The notes: generated by a model from the sequence alone, not told the origin. A DNA stretch of 64,000 nucleotides from Smithellaceae bacterium (GCA_963667845.2 CAXXVL010000002.1:3008001-3072000); one strand, 5' to 3'. Positions 52,474 through 62,512 are shown, counted from the stretch's first letter. Translations and numbers: made by a program.

Positions 52474-53250
52474 ATGGAAGAAGGCAATATGTCTCAGTCA
52501 CTGGAAGACGAATTTACATCGACTTTCATCCGCGAACTTATTCCGGGTATTCTGCACAATTTCGCCAACCCGCTAAACGGTATTATGGGGCGTTCCAAAC
52601 TTCTGCAGCGGCGCATTGATAATACAGTAAAGAAGATCAATGAAAAATATCCGGAAGCGGCTTCGGCCCTCGAGGAAGAATTACAGCGGATCGTGAACGA
52701 CGTCCGTTCCGTTAATAAGGAGTCCGAGTCTTTTTTCGAAATTTTCCGCGACGTCTCCGGAAAATTTTATGCACTTGCTGCAAAAGGAAATGAGCCTATT
52801 AATCTTTCCCAATTATTGGCGGCTGAAATGCGATTCGCCAATTTCTATCTGGAATTTAAACATGGAATAAAGAAAAATGTGCACTTGGATGAAGAAATTC
52901 ATGAGGTCTCGGGAAATATAGCCGAGTTATCCTTGGTTTTCTGGCGACTAATCCGTTTTGCGATGAGCAAGGCTTTGGCCAGCGGACCCAAAGGTTTCTT
53001 TCTACAAACGCGGCAGGAAAATGACAATGCCGTCGTAGTGATAAAATATTCCGGTGACGTTATTTTACATGAACATGCGGACATGATCAGCAATTATCTT
53101 CAGAGTGACTCCAGAGAGTTGGCAATTGTCAATATAGAACAGGGTATTTTATTGGCGCTTGCGATACTCAAGAAGTACTCGGCACGCGTGAGCGTCTCTG
53201 CTGATGGGAACCTCAATTCAATTGTGGTAGCTCTACCCATCAAAAGATGA
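52474..53250 (+). CDS. Histidine kinase-like protein with H-box but degenerate ATP-binding domain
   Basis: GILHNFANPLNGI H-box; N, G1 and G2 boxes replaced (LIRFA, KYSG, EQGILLA); RBS GGAGGT. Confidence 0.65.
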   Translation: MEEGNMSQSLEDEFTSTFIRELIPGILHNFANPLNGIMGRSKLLQRRIDNTVKKINEKYPEAASALEEELQRIVNDVRSVNKESESFFEIFRDVSGKFYALAAKGNEPINLSQLLAAEMRFANFYLEFKHGIKKNVHLDEEIHEVSGNIAELSLVFWRLIRFAMSKALASGPKGFFLQTRQENDNAVVVIKYSGDVILHEHADMISNYLQSDSRELAIVNIEQGILLALAILKKYSARVSVSADGNLNSIVVALPIKR

Positions 53251-53433
53251 CAAAAGAATTTAAAACAATCCTGGCAGACTTGCGACCGCATCCGAAAATC
53301 TTCTCACAGTGCTGGAACAGCGAGTTTGCACTGAGAGAAATAGGAGTGAAGCTAGCTCTCCGGGAATAAAGAAAGAAGAAGACAAGACTCCTCGCAAAAT
53401 CCGCGGCGCCTGCAAATATTTCGGCAGGCAGAA

Positions 53434-53503
53434 AGCGGATATCCCTGACACTCCAGGATAAATATCATCGGTAGAAATGATCAAAGAAGGCTATTCGAAA
53501 GCC
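53434..53503 (+). pseudogene. Decayed flgF/flgG C-terminal (basal-body rod) fragment
   Basis: SGYP*HSRINII, frameshift, VEMI, frameshift, RLFES versus consensus GYLExSNVNxVxEMxxMIxxQRxFE. Confidence 0.5.
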
Positions 53504-53935
53504 CGGATACCGCGATTATGGTTTCACTGAAAGCGGAATGGGACTGATGGGGCATCGTCAATTTTCAATTGTCTAAACTTCCATCCTTTAAACCGCTCAT
53601 GTTTAGCGTCGCTGAAGAAACTTCCATCGACAAATATCTCTCTAACAATTCAAGATGTCTCTTTTACAGCCTCGAGCGAATTACCGTTAAAAGTGCGAGA
53701 GAAATTTCCGATCAAAATTGAAAACATCTACGCGCAGAAATTAACCTAAACCAGATGGATCGGCCAAAAGCAGAACATGGAATCAAAAATCATGAGTTGA
53801 TCTCCATAAGGGATAGGCACAGAATCATCATCGGGAATTTGAAAGCTTCCGTTCTGAAATTATCGGAAGCCGTTGCAGAGCGTTTAAGGATGCCTTAAAA
53901 CTTAATATTCAAAATAAGGCGAGCGTCAAGCCAAT

Positions 53936-53963
53936 TAAAGTAATTTTTTAATTTTGCCGATAA
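53936..53963 (+). promoter_or_regulatory. Sigma28 promoter of flgM
   Basis: TAAAG-N15-GCCGATAA. Confidence 0.7.
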
Positions 53964-53993
53964 GGAGTGAAAGATCGCAACAAAGAGATTTCA

Positions 53994-54356
53994 ATGAATG
54001 TGACGCATATCAAAGATGCCAATACTCGGTTAATCCGGAAATATCAACGCAACGCAAGTATTGCGTCCGTAAATGATAAACAGGTCGGCTCTGCAGCTAT
54101 GAAAACGCAAGAAAAAATCGATTGTTCCACCGCAGTCACAGAAATTTGGGATGCGAATGTCGAGGTGTCAAAAGTACTCGATATGCGCGATGAAAGATTG
54201 CTGGAAATCAAGGGGCAGATAGAAAGAGGCATATATAACGTCAGCGGAGAGCAGATTGCCTGCAAGATGATGAAAGAGTCGAGCATCCATCTTTTTGGGA
54301 TCAATCTTCAGCTGAAAAACTACGTCATTCAATGGTCTCATTCCCGTTTGTTTTAA
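53994..54356 (+). CDS. flgM: Anti-sigma28 factor FlgM (divergent, C-terminally extended)
   Basis: DMRDERLLEIKGQIERGIYNVSGEQIACKM matches RxEKVxxLKxxIxxGxYxVxxxxIAxKM; sigma28 promoter upstream. Confidence 0.75.
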   Translation: MNVTHIKDANTRLIRKYQRNASIASVNDKQVGSAAMKTQEKIDCSTAVTEIWDANVEVSKVLDMRDERLLEIKGQIERGIYNVSGEQIACKMMKESSIHLFGINLQLKNYVIQWSHSRLF

Positions 54357-54779
54357 CAGAACGTTCAGTTTGCTAAGCAGAACTAAAAAATAATAACTTT
54401 AAAAAATAGTCTAAGGTACTAATATGCTGGGCCATTGAAAGATTCAGCACATAAGGGGTTATTTACATCACTGCAAAAAAAAAGGCGTTAATTTCGATCT
54501 CGAACGTGATGTGACGCGTTTTATATCCTTCGCAATTTATGCCGGAATTGTAAAAAAGACGGATCATCGATAAATTGAGAACGATCTTATGATTGTTGCA
54601 ATTTAAATTATAGTTATGATATATAACACTTATATATTAAGTAATTAAATTAATAATACTAAAGTAATACTTTGCCTTATAGCGTCCTTAATTGACAGTT
54701 CGGCTTATCTCAGAAACGATAAACATATTGAAATCAAAACCAATGCCTCATTTGCTGCGGACGAAGGGCCGCAATCGGA

Positions 54780-54996
54780 AACCGAGAGACAGGTGCTAAA
54801 ATTAATGCAGCGATGGCCAACGGCTGTAATCACGATTTGCATAATCTAAAGATTAGGAATATGCTAACCGATACAGAGAATGCTGATTTGAGAATATTGC
54901 ATACATCGTTTCAGATTAAACAAATTGCGTTGCAGGCGTCATACGGTAAGGGTTTTGAAAATTGGAGAGTTGACGAAAATGGATTACATCAGATAA
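54780..54996 (+). pseudogene. Decayed flgL (hook-associated protein 3) C-terminus
   Basis: GAKIN...MLTDTENADL...KQIALQASY, frameshift, [12 protein letters not shown]; flagellin-C-like tail ending 16 nt before csrA. Confidence 0.7.
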
Positions 54997-55012
54997 TGAT
55001 ATTAGGGGAAAA

Positions 55013-55192
55013 ATGCTTATTCTAACGAGGAAACAGGGAGAGTCTATTACGATTGGCGATGATATAAGAGTCACTATTCTGGATGTAAAAGGTAAATACG
55101 TCCGGGTTGGCATTGAAGCACCTCGTGAGTTGGCGGTGCACCGACAGGAGATAGTTCCTGAAGACAAAGGACCCGAAGCCGACAATAAGTGA
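55013..55192 (+). CDS. csrA: Carbon storage regulator CsrA (59 aa)
   Basis: Not in ORF track; [47 protein letters not shown]...; RBS AGGGG. Confidence 0.95.
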   Translation: MLILTRKQGESITIGDDIRVTILDVKGKYVRVGIEAPRELAVHRQEIVPEDKGPEADNK

Positions 55193-55242
55193 ACCATTGA
55201 AAATAAATTTTCAATCGCAAAGGATCCGATAGAGTTTTCCTC

Positions 55243-55269
55243 TAAAGTTTTATGCTCAAAAGCCGATAA
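55243..55269 (+). promoter_or_regulatory. Consensus sigma28 promoter
   Basis: TAAAGTTT-N11-GCCGATAA. Confidence 0.8.
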
Positions 55270-55300
55270 ATCTGTCAAAGAGGATTATTAGAGAGTAATC

Positions 55301-55516
55301 ATGGCAATAACTTCTTATCAGGTCGATAGCGTGCTCAATGCCTATACCAGGAAGAGCAAAGTCAGAATCTCACCCTCTGTATCGAAGAAAGACGGATCGG
55401 CTAGTCAAGATCGCGATATTGCACTTTTGTCCTCAAAAGATGATAACAAATCGGAAGAATTTGAAAAAATCAGCTACAACCTTCGAGATGTTCTTTTGAA
55501 GGATGAAAATATTTAG
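55301..55516 (+). CDS. Small protein resembling the DVU0524-like FlgM-associated family
   Basis: MAITSYQVDSVLNAY N-terminus and D-x-x-x-LS motif; sigma28 promoter directly upstream; family call from memory. Confidence 0.6.
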   Translation: MAITSYQVDSVLNAYTRKSKVRISPSVSKKDGSASQDRDIALLSSKDDNKSEEFEKISYNLRDVLLKDENI

Positions 55517-55613
55517 TCCAACACTAAATGTCCGGAAATCTCCTCATCAAGACAAGTTAGTCGGATATATCAATTACCTTGGCAGATATCTTATCTAGAG
55601 ACAAAGTACTTTA

Positions 55614-57095
55614 ATGCTCAGAAAAGCCCAAAAAATAACGACACAAAGTCTGAAAAAAATACTTGTTGTTGATGACTATTTACCTACTCGCAACCTGATC
55701 ATCGATGCGCTGAGTCAATCTCCTCAATATAAGATATCCGAAGCAGAAAACGGTCAGGATGCTCTGCATCTTTTCGATGAAAATGATTTTGATCTTGTGA
55801 TCAGTGATATCATGATGCCTGGGATGAGCGGTATGGACCTCCTTCACCTCATTCGCGAACGAAATCCCTCGGCTACGGTCATTATGATTACCGGAAATCC
55901 CACCACGGACCTTACTGTAAGTGCCATTAAGAAAGGGGCAGTCGATTTTTTGACAAAACCTTTCGATATTGATGAACTCCTCTACAAAGTTGATATCCAT
56001 TTACGGCAAAAGGAAATACTGCATCAAGAAATATTGGGAAATACTTTAGAGCAGAGTAGATTAAAGGACAAAACGGATGATCTCTCTAAAAAAAGTTATA
56101 TATATGATTTTATAGAAGATTCTCAAATGGATAATGATGCCATATTCGAAAGAATTGCGGAATTGGCTCTGAAATTGGTTGATGGCGAGGTCTGTTCCAT
56201 CATGCTTTTTGATGAACACGATAACGAATTTCATGACAAGGTCATCAAGGGGAATACGGATGGCACTTATCAGAATTACACCCAAAGCCCGGCGCTCAAA
56301 ATGGTTTATAATCAGGTAATCGAACAGAAAGAAGCTATCCTGATTAATTCTAATGACCATCCGGAAGTGGCGCCTTCACTGATCTGTGCGCCACTCATGA
56401 TTCGAAAAAACATTCTCGGAATCCTCAGTATCCGTAAGAAAAAGAACAGAGAAGTCTTCAGCAAAAAGGATCTGCATCATATTTTGAGTCTGACTAAACG
56501 TGCCTCTTTGAATCTGGAGAATAAGATTCTCTATGAGAGTATTTATTTCAATATTATGGATACACTGAAATCACTGATATCTTCCATCCAGGCGCGCGAT
56601 CAATACACCGAAGAGCATTCGAGGCGCGTAACGGACGAAGCCGTCAGGCTGGCAATAAGCCTGAATTGTTCCTTCAAAGATCAGGAAAGTCTGAAGATTG
56701 CCGGCGCACTTCATGATGTGGGCAAGATCGCCGTACCGGACAGTATCTTATTGAAGGCAGGTAAGTTGTCCGAGGAAGAATATATGATTATTAAGAACCA
56801 TCCAACCATCGGTGAGAATATCCTCAAACCCATCCTGCTCCTGGATAAAGAAAGAAGAATCATTCAATGCCATCATGAACAGTGGGACGGCAAAGGCTAT
56901 CCGATCGGTTTAAAGGGCGAGGATATTCCGCTGCTGGCCCGGATCTTATCCGTTGCTGATTCCTTTGACGCCATGACAAACAACCGTCCCTACCGGCCGT
57001 CCATGCCAAGAAATGAAGCCATTCGGGAATTAGTTGCAAGCAAGAATACACAATTCGATCCGGACGTTGTCGACGCTTACATCAAAATTCTCTAG
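55614..57095 (+). CDS. REC-GAF-HD-GYP cyclic di-GMP phosphodiesterase
   Basis: REC SDIMMP, GAF LICAPL..LGIL, EHSRRV, LHDVGK, HHEQWDGKGYP, ADSFDAMT, RPYR. Confidence 0.9.
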   Translation: MLRKAQKITTQSLKKILVVDDYLPTRNLIIDALSQSPQYKISEAENGQDALHLFDENDFDLVISDIMMPGMSGMDLLHLIRERNPSATVIMITGNPTTDLTVSAIKKGAVDFLTKPFDIDELLYKVDIHLRQKEILHQEILGNTLEQSRLKDKTDDLSKKSYIYDFIEDSQMDNDAIFERIAELALKLVDGEVCSIMLFDEHDNEFHDKVIKGNTDGTYQNYTQSPALKMVYNQVIEQKEAILINSNDHPEVAPSLICAPLMIRKNILGILSIRKKKNREVFSKKDLHHILSLTKRASLNLENKILYESIYFNIMDTLKSLISSIQARDQYTEEHSRRVTDEAVRLAISLNCSFKDQESLKIAGALHDVGKIAVPDSILLKAGKLSEEEYMIIKNHPTIGENILKPILLLDKERRIIQCHHEQWDGKGYPIGLKGEDIPLLARILSVADSFDAMTNNRPYRPSMPRNEAIRELVASKNTQFDPDVVDAYIKIL

Positions 57096-57259
57096 CAGAA
57101 GGAAGATTCCGGCCCATGAGGTAAAAATTCATTCTCTGTTCAACAAAGGGGAAAGAATAGATTTCTCACTTGATCCTGCAACCCTGTCGCACGTGCTCAA
57201 TCTCTAAATACGAGGAGATGACCGGTGTCACGCCTTTGCCACTCAAATGGATTAAAACA

Positions 57260-58582
57260 TCAGCACAAATTCTGAGACTGCATCCAATCATTTAATACGT
57301 GCAAAGCGCGCACGACATATAAACGGTGTTTTTCTCTTTTCGTAATTCTTTTTGTAGGCAAGAGCTCGAGGATACCGAAATTAATGTTCATCGGTTGGAA
57401 ATTGTCGGCGTTTTCGCCAGAGGTAATATAACGCAGGAGCGCTCCAATCGCCGTTCCTGCCGGTGGCGGCGGAAGTTGTTTTCCTTCGAGGATAAAGGCA
57501 GCGCTCAGTCCGGCCAGAAGTCCCATGGCCGTTGATTCCATGTAGCCTTCTACACCGGTAATCTGACCGGCGAAAAAGATCTGCGGGCGGTTCTTCAATT
57601 GTAATGACGGGAGAAGCAGGGAAGGGGAGTTAATGAACGTATTGCGGTGAATGCTTCCCATCCGCGCAAACTGCGCGTTTTCCAGACCCGGTATCATCCG
57701 AAAAATCCGTTCCTGTTCAGACCACGTCAACTTGGTCTGAAACCCAACCATGTTAAAAAGCGATCCGGCCGCATTTTCCCGCCGCAGTTGAACAACCGCG
57801 TACGGCATGCCTCCCGTTCGTGGATCGATCAGCCCCACAGGCTTCATCGGACCGAAAGCCAGTGTGTCTTCACCGCGGGCGGCCAGCACTTCTATGGGCA
57901 GACAGCCCTCAAAGTGTTTCACGTCTTCAAAAGCTTTAAGAGCGACTTTTTCTCCGGTGAGCAATTCCCGGCGAAAACGCTTATAATCCTCTTCGGAAAG
58001 TGGACAATTGAGGTAATCGGGTGTGCCTTTGTCGTAGCGTGATGCCCAGTAAACCTTATCCGTATTGATCGAATCCGCTTCCACGATCGGTGCAATCGCA
58101 TCATAAAAGTAAAGATATTCGCCGCCAAGCAGTGTCCTTATTGAATGAGACAAGGCATCTGGCGTAAGAGGACCGGTCGCAATGATGGTTAAAGCATCCC
58201 GGGGGATTTCTGTAACTTCCATTCTGCTCAGTGTGAAATTTGTCTGCCTCAATAAACTGCCTTGGATTCTCTCGGCAAATTCCAGGCGGTCAACGGCAAG
58301 CGCAGTGCCTGCGGGGACTGATGTTTGATCAGCTACTGACACGATCAGCGAGTCAAGCCGGCGCATTTCATTCTTGAGAAGACCGGGGGCGCTTTCCGGA
58401 TCGTTGGATTTCAGGGAATTGCTGCAGACGAGCTCGGCCAGAAGTTCAGTCTTATGTGCCGGGGAGAATCTTTGAGGCTTCATTTCATACAGGTGTACCG
58501 AATGTCCGCGTTTGAGCAATTGCCAGGCCGCTTCGCAGCCTGCCAATCCTCCGCCGATGATATTGACTTGTGCAGATCTCAT
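57260..58582 (-). CDS. trmFO: tRNA (uracil-54-C5)-methyltransferase, FAD/folate dependent
   Basis: GGGLAGCEAA, ELVCSNS, FYDAIAP, FEGCLPIE, HRNTF, GQITGVEGY. Confidence 0.95.
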   Translation of the reverse strand: MRSAQVNIIGGGLAGCEAAWQLLKRGHSVHLYEMKPQRFSPAHKTELLAELVCSNSLKSNDPESAPGLLKNEMRRLDSLIVSVADQTSVPAGTALAVDRLEFAERIQGSLLRQTNFTLSRMEVTEIPRDALTIIATGPLTPDALSHSIRTLLGGEYLYFYDAIAPIVEADSINTDKVYWASRYDKGTPDYLNCPLSEEDYKRFRRELLTGEKVALKAFEDVKHFEGCLPIEVLAARGEDTLAFGPMKPVGLIDPRTGGMPYAVVQLRRENAAGSLFNMVGFQTKLTWSEQERIFRMIPGLENAQFARMGSIHRNTFINSPSLLLPSLQLKNRPQIFFAGQITGVEGYMESTAMGLLAGLSAAFILEGKQLPPPPAGTAIGALLRYITSGENADNFQPMNINFGILELLPTKRITKREKHRLYVVRALHVLNDWMQSQNLC

Positions 58583-58775
58583 CAGCGAATCTCCAGTTCA
58601 GAAAACGGAACACATAACCTGATAACCGCATAGCCCAATGAGTGCAGGAGGTCACACGTAACCTGAAGGTCACACACGGTTATACGCCTGCATTGGTAAG
58701 TTGAAGTATTATGCAGAGCGGAATATGGGATCATGAAAGCTTGCCAAGTGGTGTTTCTAAAGTACCTGGGCAGGG

Positions 58776-61115
58776 TCATGCCTGTGGTTCCGCCGGTTTA
58801 TTTCTAGGCATCTTCTTAATGGTTTTACATTCGGGATAACCGGTACAACCCAGAAACTGACCATAGCGACCGCGCTTGATGGCCATCGGTTTGCCGCAAC
58901 TCTCACAGGTTTCGTCCGAGAGGATGGTTTCCTGCTTTGAGACCGTACCGTCTTTGCTCATTTTCTTGATGTTCTTACATTCGGGATAACCGGTACAACC
59001 CAGAAACTGGCCGTAGCGGCCGCGTTTGATAGCCATCGGCTTGCCGCACAATTCGCAGACTTCATCGGTTGCCGGTGCTTCCTGTGCGATGATGTCGCCG
59101 TTTTCATTTTTTGATGCGTTCATGGTGTTCTTGCATTCCGGATAACCCGAGCAGGCCAGGAACTGTCCGAAACGTCCTTCTTTGACTTGCATGCTTTTAC
59201 CGCACTTGTTGCATTTAACATCCGTTGTTTGCGTTTCCACGTGTTTTACCTTGCCATTTTCGTCATGAGTAAAATTCATTGTGTTTTTACATTCGGGATA
59301 CTTGGAGCAGCATAAAAACCGGCCGTTCTTCCCCCATTTGATCACCATGGGCGACTTGCATTTATCGCACACCAGGTCGGTCGGCGTTTCTTCCCGCTTG
59401 ACGTTGCGCATTCCGTCTTTTGCTTTATCCAATTCTGAGGAAAAAAGTTCATAGAAATCCTGAAGCGTCTTAACGCGTTTATTAGCGCCGCTTTCAATGG
59501 CATCCAGCTTGTTTTCCATATCCGCCGTAAACGCAAGATCCAAAACAGTGGGGAAACTTTTAACCAGAAGCTCTGTGACAACCTTGCCCAGTTCCGTCGG
59601 GAAGAATTTGCCTTTTTCCAGACGAACATATTCGCGATCCTGAATGGTCGATAGGATGGTGGCATATGTACTGGGACGGCCGATGCCTTTTTCCTCAAGC
59701 TCGCGAACCAGCGACGCTTCAGAGAAGCGCGGCGGCGGTTGGGTGAATTTTTGCTGCGTATCGAGTTTCAGCAGATCTAATTTTTCACTTTCTTTTACTT
59801 CCGGCAAAAGTTTATCGATTCCGTTTTCTTCTTCTTTTTCATCCTTGCCTTCGGTGTAGACGATTGTGAAGCCGGGGAACTTCAGCACCTGACCCTGTGC
59901 GCGGAACGTGCACTTCGCGCCGGCGATATCAATCGTTGTCTGATCAAAGATCGCCGGGTTCATCTGACTTGCCACAAAGCGGTTCCAGATGAGCTGGTAG
60001 AGTTTGAACTGCTCGGGGGTAAGGTATTCCTTGATATCCTGCGGTTTATAAGCCATGGTCGACGGACGGATGGCTTCGTGCGCGTCCTGCGCCTTTTGCG
60101 TATTTTTGTATGTGTGAGGTTTGAGCGGCAGATAGTCGGCGGAATAATTTTCCTTAATGTAGTCGCGGACGGCTGTCAGCGCCTCGTCGGCAATTCGGTA
60201 GGAGTCGGTTCTCATATAGGTGATCAGACCGACGGATCCTTCTTTGCCCAGTTCGATGCCTTCGTATAATTTCTGAGCAACACTCATCGTTCTTTTGGCC
60301 GAAAACCGCAGCCAGCGGGAGGCTTCCTGCTGTAATTTACTGGTCGTAAAAGGCGGTAAGGCAGAGCGCCGGAGTTCTTTCTTCTCCAGCTTCTCGACAA
60401 TGAAAGAAGCCTTCCTGATTTCGGCGGCGAGTTGATTGGCCTGTTCGGCATTTGTAACTTTCGCTTTTTTGCCATCGATCTTGATGAGCTTCGCGTCAAA
60501 TGGCGGGGGATGGCTGCCTTCAAACTGGGCGACGAGGTTCCAGTATTCTTCCGGCACAAACTTGCAGATTTCATCTTCGCGTTCACAGATAATGCGGACG
60601 GCGACGGACTGCACGCGTCCGGCGCTCAGGCCGCGCTTAACCTTGTCCCAAAGCACGGGACTGATCTGGTAGCCCACGAGTCTGTCCAGGATGCGACGCG
60701 TCTGTTGCGCCTCGTATTTGTCAAAATCAAGTTGCAGCGGATGATTGATGGCTTCAACTACGGTGTTCTTTGTTAAATCATTAAAAAGAACTCTGTAGAT
60801 ATTCTTGTTCTTTTTTGCTCCGATGACGTCGGAAATATGCCAGGCAATGGCTTCGCCCTCGCGGTCGGGGTCAGGCGCCAGATAAATGTTTTCTGCGGTC
60901 TTGGCCGCTTTCTTCAATTCATCAATGACTTTCTTCTTGCTGTCGATCACATTATAGGTGGGTTCGAAGTCCTTGGCAAGATCGATGCCCAAGGTGCTTT
61001 TCGGCAGATCCTTGATATGACCCATGGACGCGACAACGTTAAAATCCTTCCCGAGGAATTTTTTAATCGTTTTAACTTTCGTGGGAGATTCCACAACAAT
61101 TAATGAATGTGCCAT
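58776..61115 (-). CDS. topA: DNA topoisomerase I with four C4 zinc ribbons
   Basis: VESPTK, DPDREGE, SAGRVQS, LITYMRTD, GIGRPSTY; RBS AGGAG. Confidence 0.96.
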   Translation of the reverse strand: MAHSLIVVESPTKVKTIKKFLGKDFNVVASMGHIKDLPKSTLGIDLAKDFEPTYNVIDSKKKVIDELKKAAKTAENIYLAPDPDREGEAIAWHISDVIGAKKNKNIYRVLFNDLTKNTVVEAINHPLQLDFDKYEAQQTRRILDRLVGYQISPVLWDKVKRGLSAGRVQSVAVRIICEREDEICKFVPEEYWNLVAQFEGSHPPPFDAKLIKIDGKKAKVTNAEQANQLAAEIRKASFIVEKLEKKELRRSALPPFTTSKLQQEASRWLRFSAKRTMSVAQKLYEGIELGKEGSVGLITYMRTDSYRIADEALTAVRDYIKENYSADYLPLKPHTYKNTQKAQDAHEAIRPSTMAYKPQDIKEYLTPEQFKLYQLIWNRFVASQMNPAIFDQTTIDIAGAKCTFRAQGQVLKFPGFTIVYTEGKDEKEEENGIDKLLPEVKESEKLDLLKLDTQQKFTQPPPRFSEASLVRELEEKGIGRPSTYATILSTIQDREYVRLEKGKFFPTELGKVVTELLVKSFPTVLDLAFTADMENKLDAIESGANKRVKTLQDFYELFSSELDKAKDGMRNVKREETPTDLVCDKCKSPMVIKWGKNGRFLCCSKYPECKNTMNFTHDENGKVKHVETQTTDVKCNKCGKSMQVKEGRFGQFLACSGYPECKNTMNASKNENGDIIAQEAPATDEVCELCGKPMAIKRGRYGQFLGCTGYPECKNIKKMSKDGTVSKQETILSDETCESCGKPMAIKRGRYGQFLGCTGYPECKTIKKMPRNKPAEPQA
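58825..59048. repeat. Direct repeat of about 74 nt (150-nt period) encoding the last two topA zinc ribbons
   Basis: TTACATTCGGGATAACCGGTACAACCCAGAAACTG... at 58825 and 58975. Confidence 0.85.
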
Positions 61116-61369
61116 AACTTCTCCTAACATTTCGGCGCACCATATAGATGGTCGAAATGTATTTGTAAAGACTTTTTATTGCCGGATGGTTCTGCAAAAA
61201 GACAATGTCCGGCTGCTATCCCCACAGAAATAAATAATATACCAAGTAAAATAAGCCTGTTACCAGTATGAACACCGTGTTGCGCATCGGCGGTACGAAT
61301 CAGATTGGTTTTTCATGCAATCGGCATCGCCGGGAGAAGGCGAGTCGACCCAATGCTTGGAAAGCTTAA

Positions 61370-62512
61370 TCATTCCGCAAGAGAAAAAAACTTCCCCGGA
61401 TGCTGGGAAATCATTCCCATGAGTTCCAAATTCATAAGAGCGCTCAAAATATTTGCGGGAGGTAAATCAGCGCCGGCAATAATATCGTCGATATGTTTTT
61501 TCCCGCACGCAAGGATCGTCAGAATCGTCCGGTCAACAGGACAAAGCTTGTGAATATCTTTTTCGAGATTTGGAGAATGAAAATCAACAGCGTGATCGTG
61601 TTCATTTAGCACCCGAGGCTGGATCAATGATCGATTCAATTGAGGGATAATATCTTCCAGAATGTCGTCGATATTATCGATCAATTTTGCTCCCTGCTTG
61701 ATCAGGCTGTTCGTGCCGCGCGAAGCGGCGGAATCGATTGTTCCGGGAATTGCAAAAACTTCGCGTCCCTGTTCCATTGCCAGTCTTGCTGTAATGAGCG
61801 AACCGCTTTTTTCGCCGGCTTCGACAACCACAACGCCGTAGGACAGTCCGCTGATAATGCGGTTTCGTGCCGGAAAATGAAAAGAAAGAGGTTTTGTCCC
61901 CAGTGGGAATTCAGAGATAACGGCACCGTTTTCTGCGATGGCTGCAAATAATTTTTTGTTTTCAGGCGGATAAATTACATCCAGGCCGCTTCCCAGGACG
62001 GCAATGGTTCTTCCCTTGGCAGCCAGAGCGCCACGATGCGCACAGGAATCTATGCCGCGCGCCATGCCGCTGACAATCGTAATACCTCTCAGGGCTAATT
62101 CCCGGCTGATTCGGTCGGTCGTGTATTTGCCATAAGTACTGGCATGACGAGACCCTACAATGGCAATGGCAACATCCTCTTTCGACAGGGTTCCGAGAAC
62201 GTAAAGGAACGCCGGGCGATCGAAAATATTGAGAAGATTCACCGGGTAGGTTTCATCCAGACATGTAATGACTTTGATACCCGTCCGATCAAGCATATCG
62301 AGCTGACGATGAATCTTATCCCAGTCCTTGAAAGATGTGATGGCTGTGGCAGAATCTTTGCTGATCCCTGGAACCGCGAGGAGGTCGTGAATGGACGCTG
62401 CAAAAACTCCAGCCGGAGAATGGAAACACGCCAATAAGGACTGAAAGGTCCCATTGCCAATGCCATCGACAGACTTCAATGCCATCCAGAAGCTTACATT
62501 TTCAACATTCAT
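61370..62512 (-). CDS. dprA: DNA processing protein DprA/Smf
   Basis: AIVGSR, VSGMARGID, FPARNRIISG, VVEA, SGSLITA, GREVFA; start may be 62554. Confidence 0.93.
   Translation of the reverse strand: MNVENVSFWMALKSVDGIGNGTFQSLLACFHSPAGVFAASIHDLLAVPGISKDSATAITSFKDWDKIHRQLDMLDRTGIKVITCLDETYPVNLLNIFDRPAFLYVLGTLSKEDVAIAIVGSRHASTYGKYTTDRISRELALRGITIVSGMARGIDSCAHRGALAAKGRTIAVLGSGLDVIYPPENKKLFAAIAENGAVISEFPLGTKPLSFHFPARNRIISGLSYGVVVVEAGEKSGSLITARLAMEQGREVFAIPGTIDSAASRGTNSLIKQGAKLIDNIDDILEDIIPQLNRSLIQPRVLNEHDHAVDFHSPNLEKDIHKLCPVDRTILTILACGKKHIDDIIAGADLPPANILSALMNLELMGMISQHPGKFFSLAE

Noticed and set aside
54357..54720. Very AT-rich stretch as a replication origin or foreign insert
   Set aside because: No DnaA-box cluster or mobile-element ends seen; it occupies the expected flgN-flgK position and is more simply decayed DNA
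54916..55278. 120-aa minus-strand ORF
   Set aside because: Lies antisense to csrA, which is clearly the real gene
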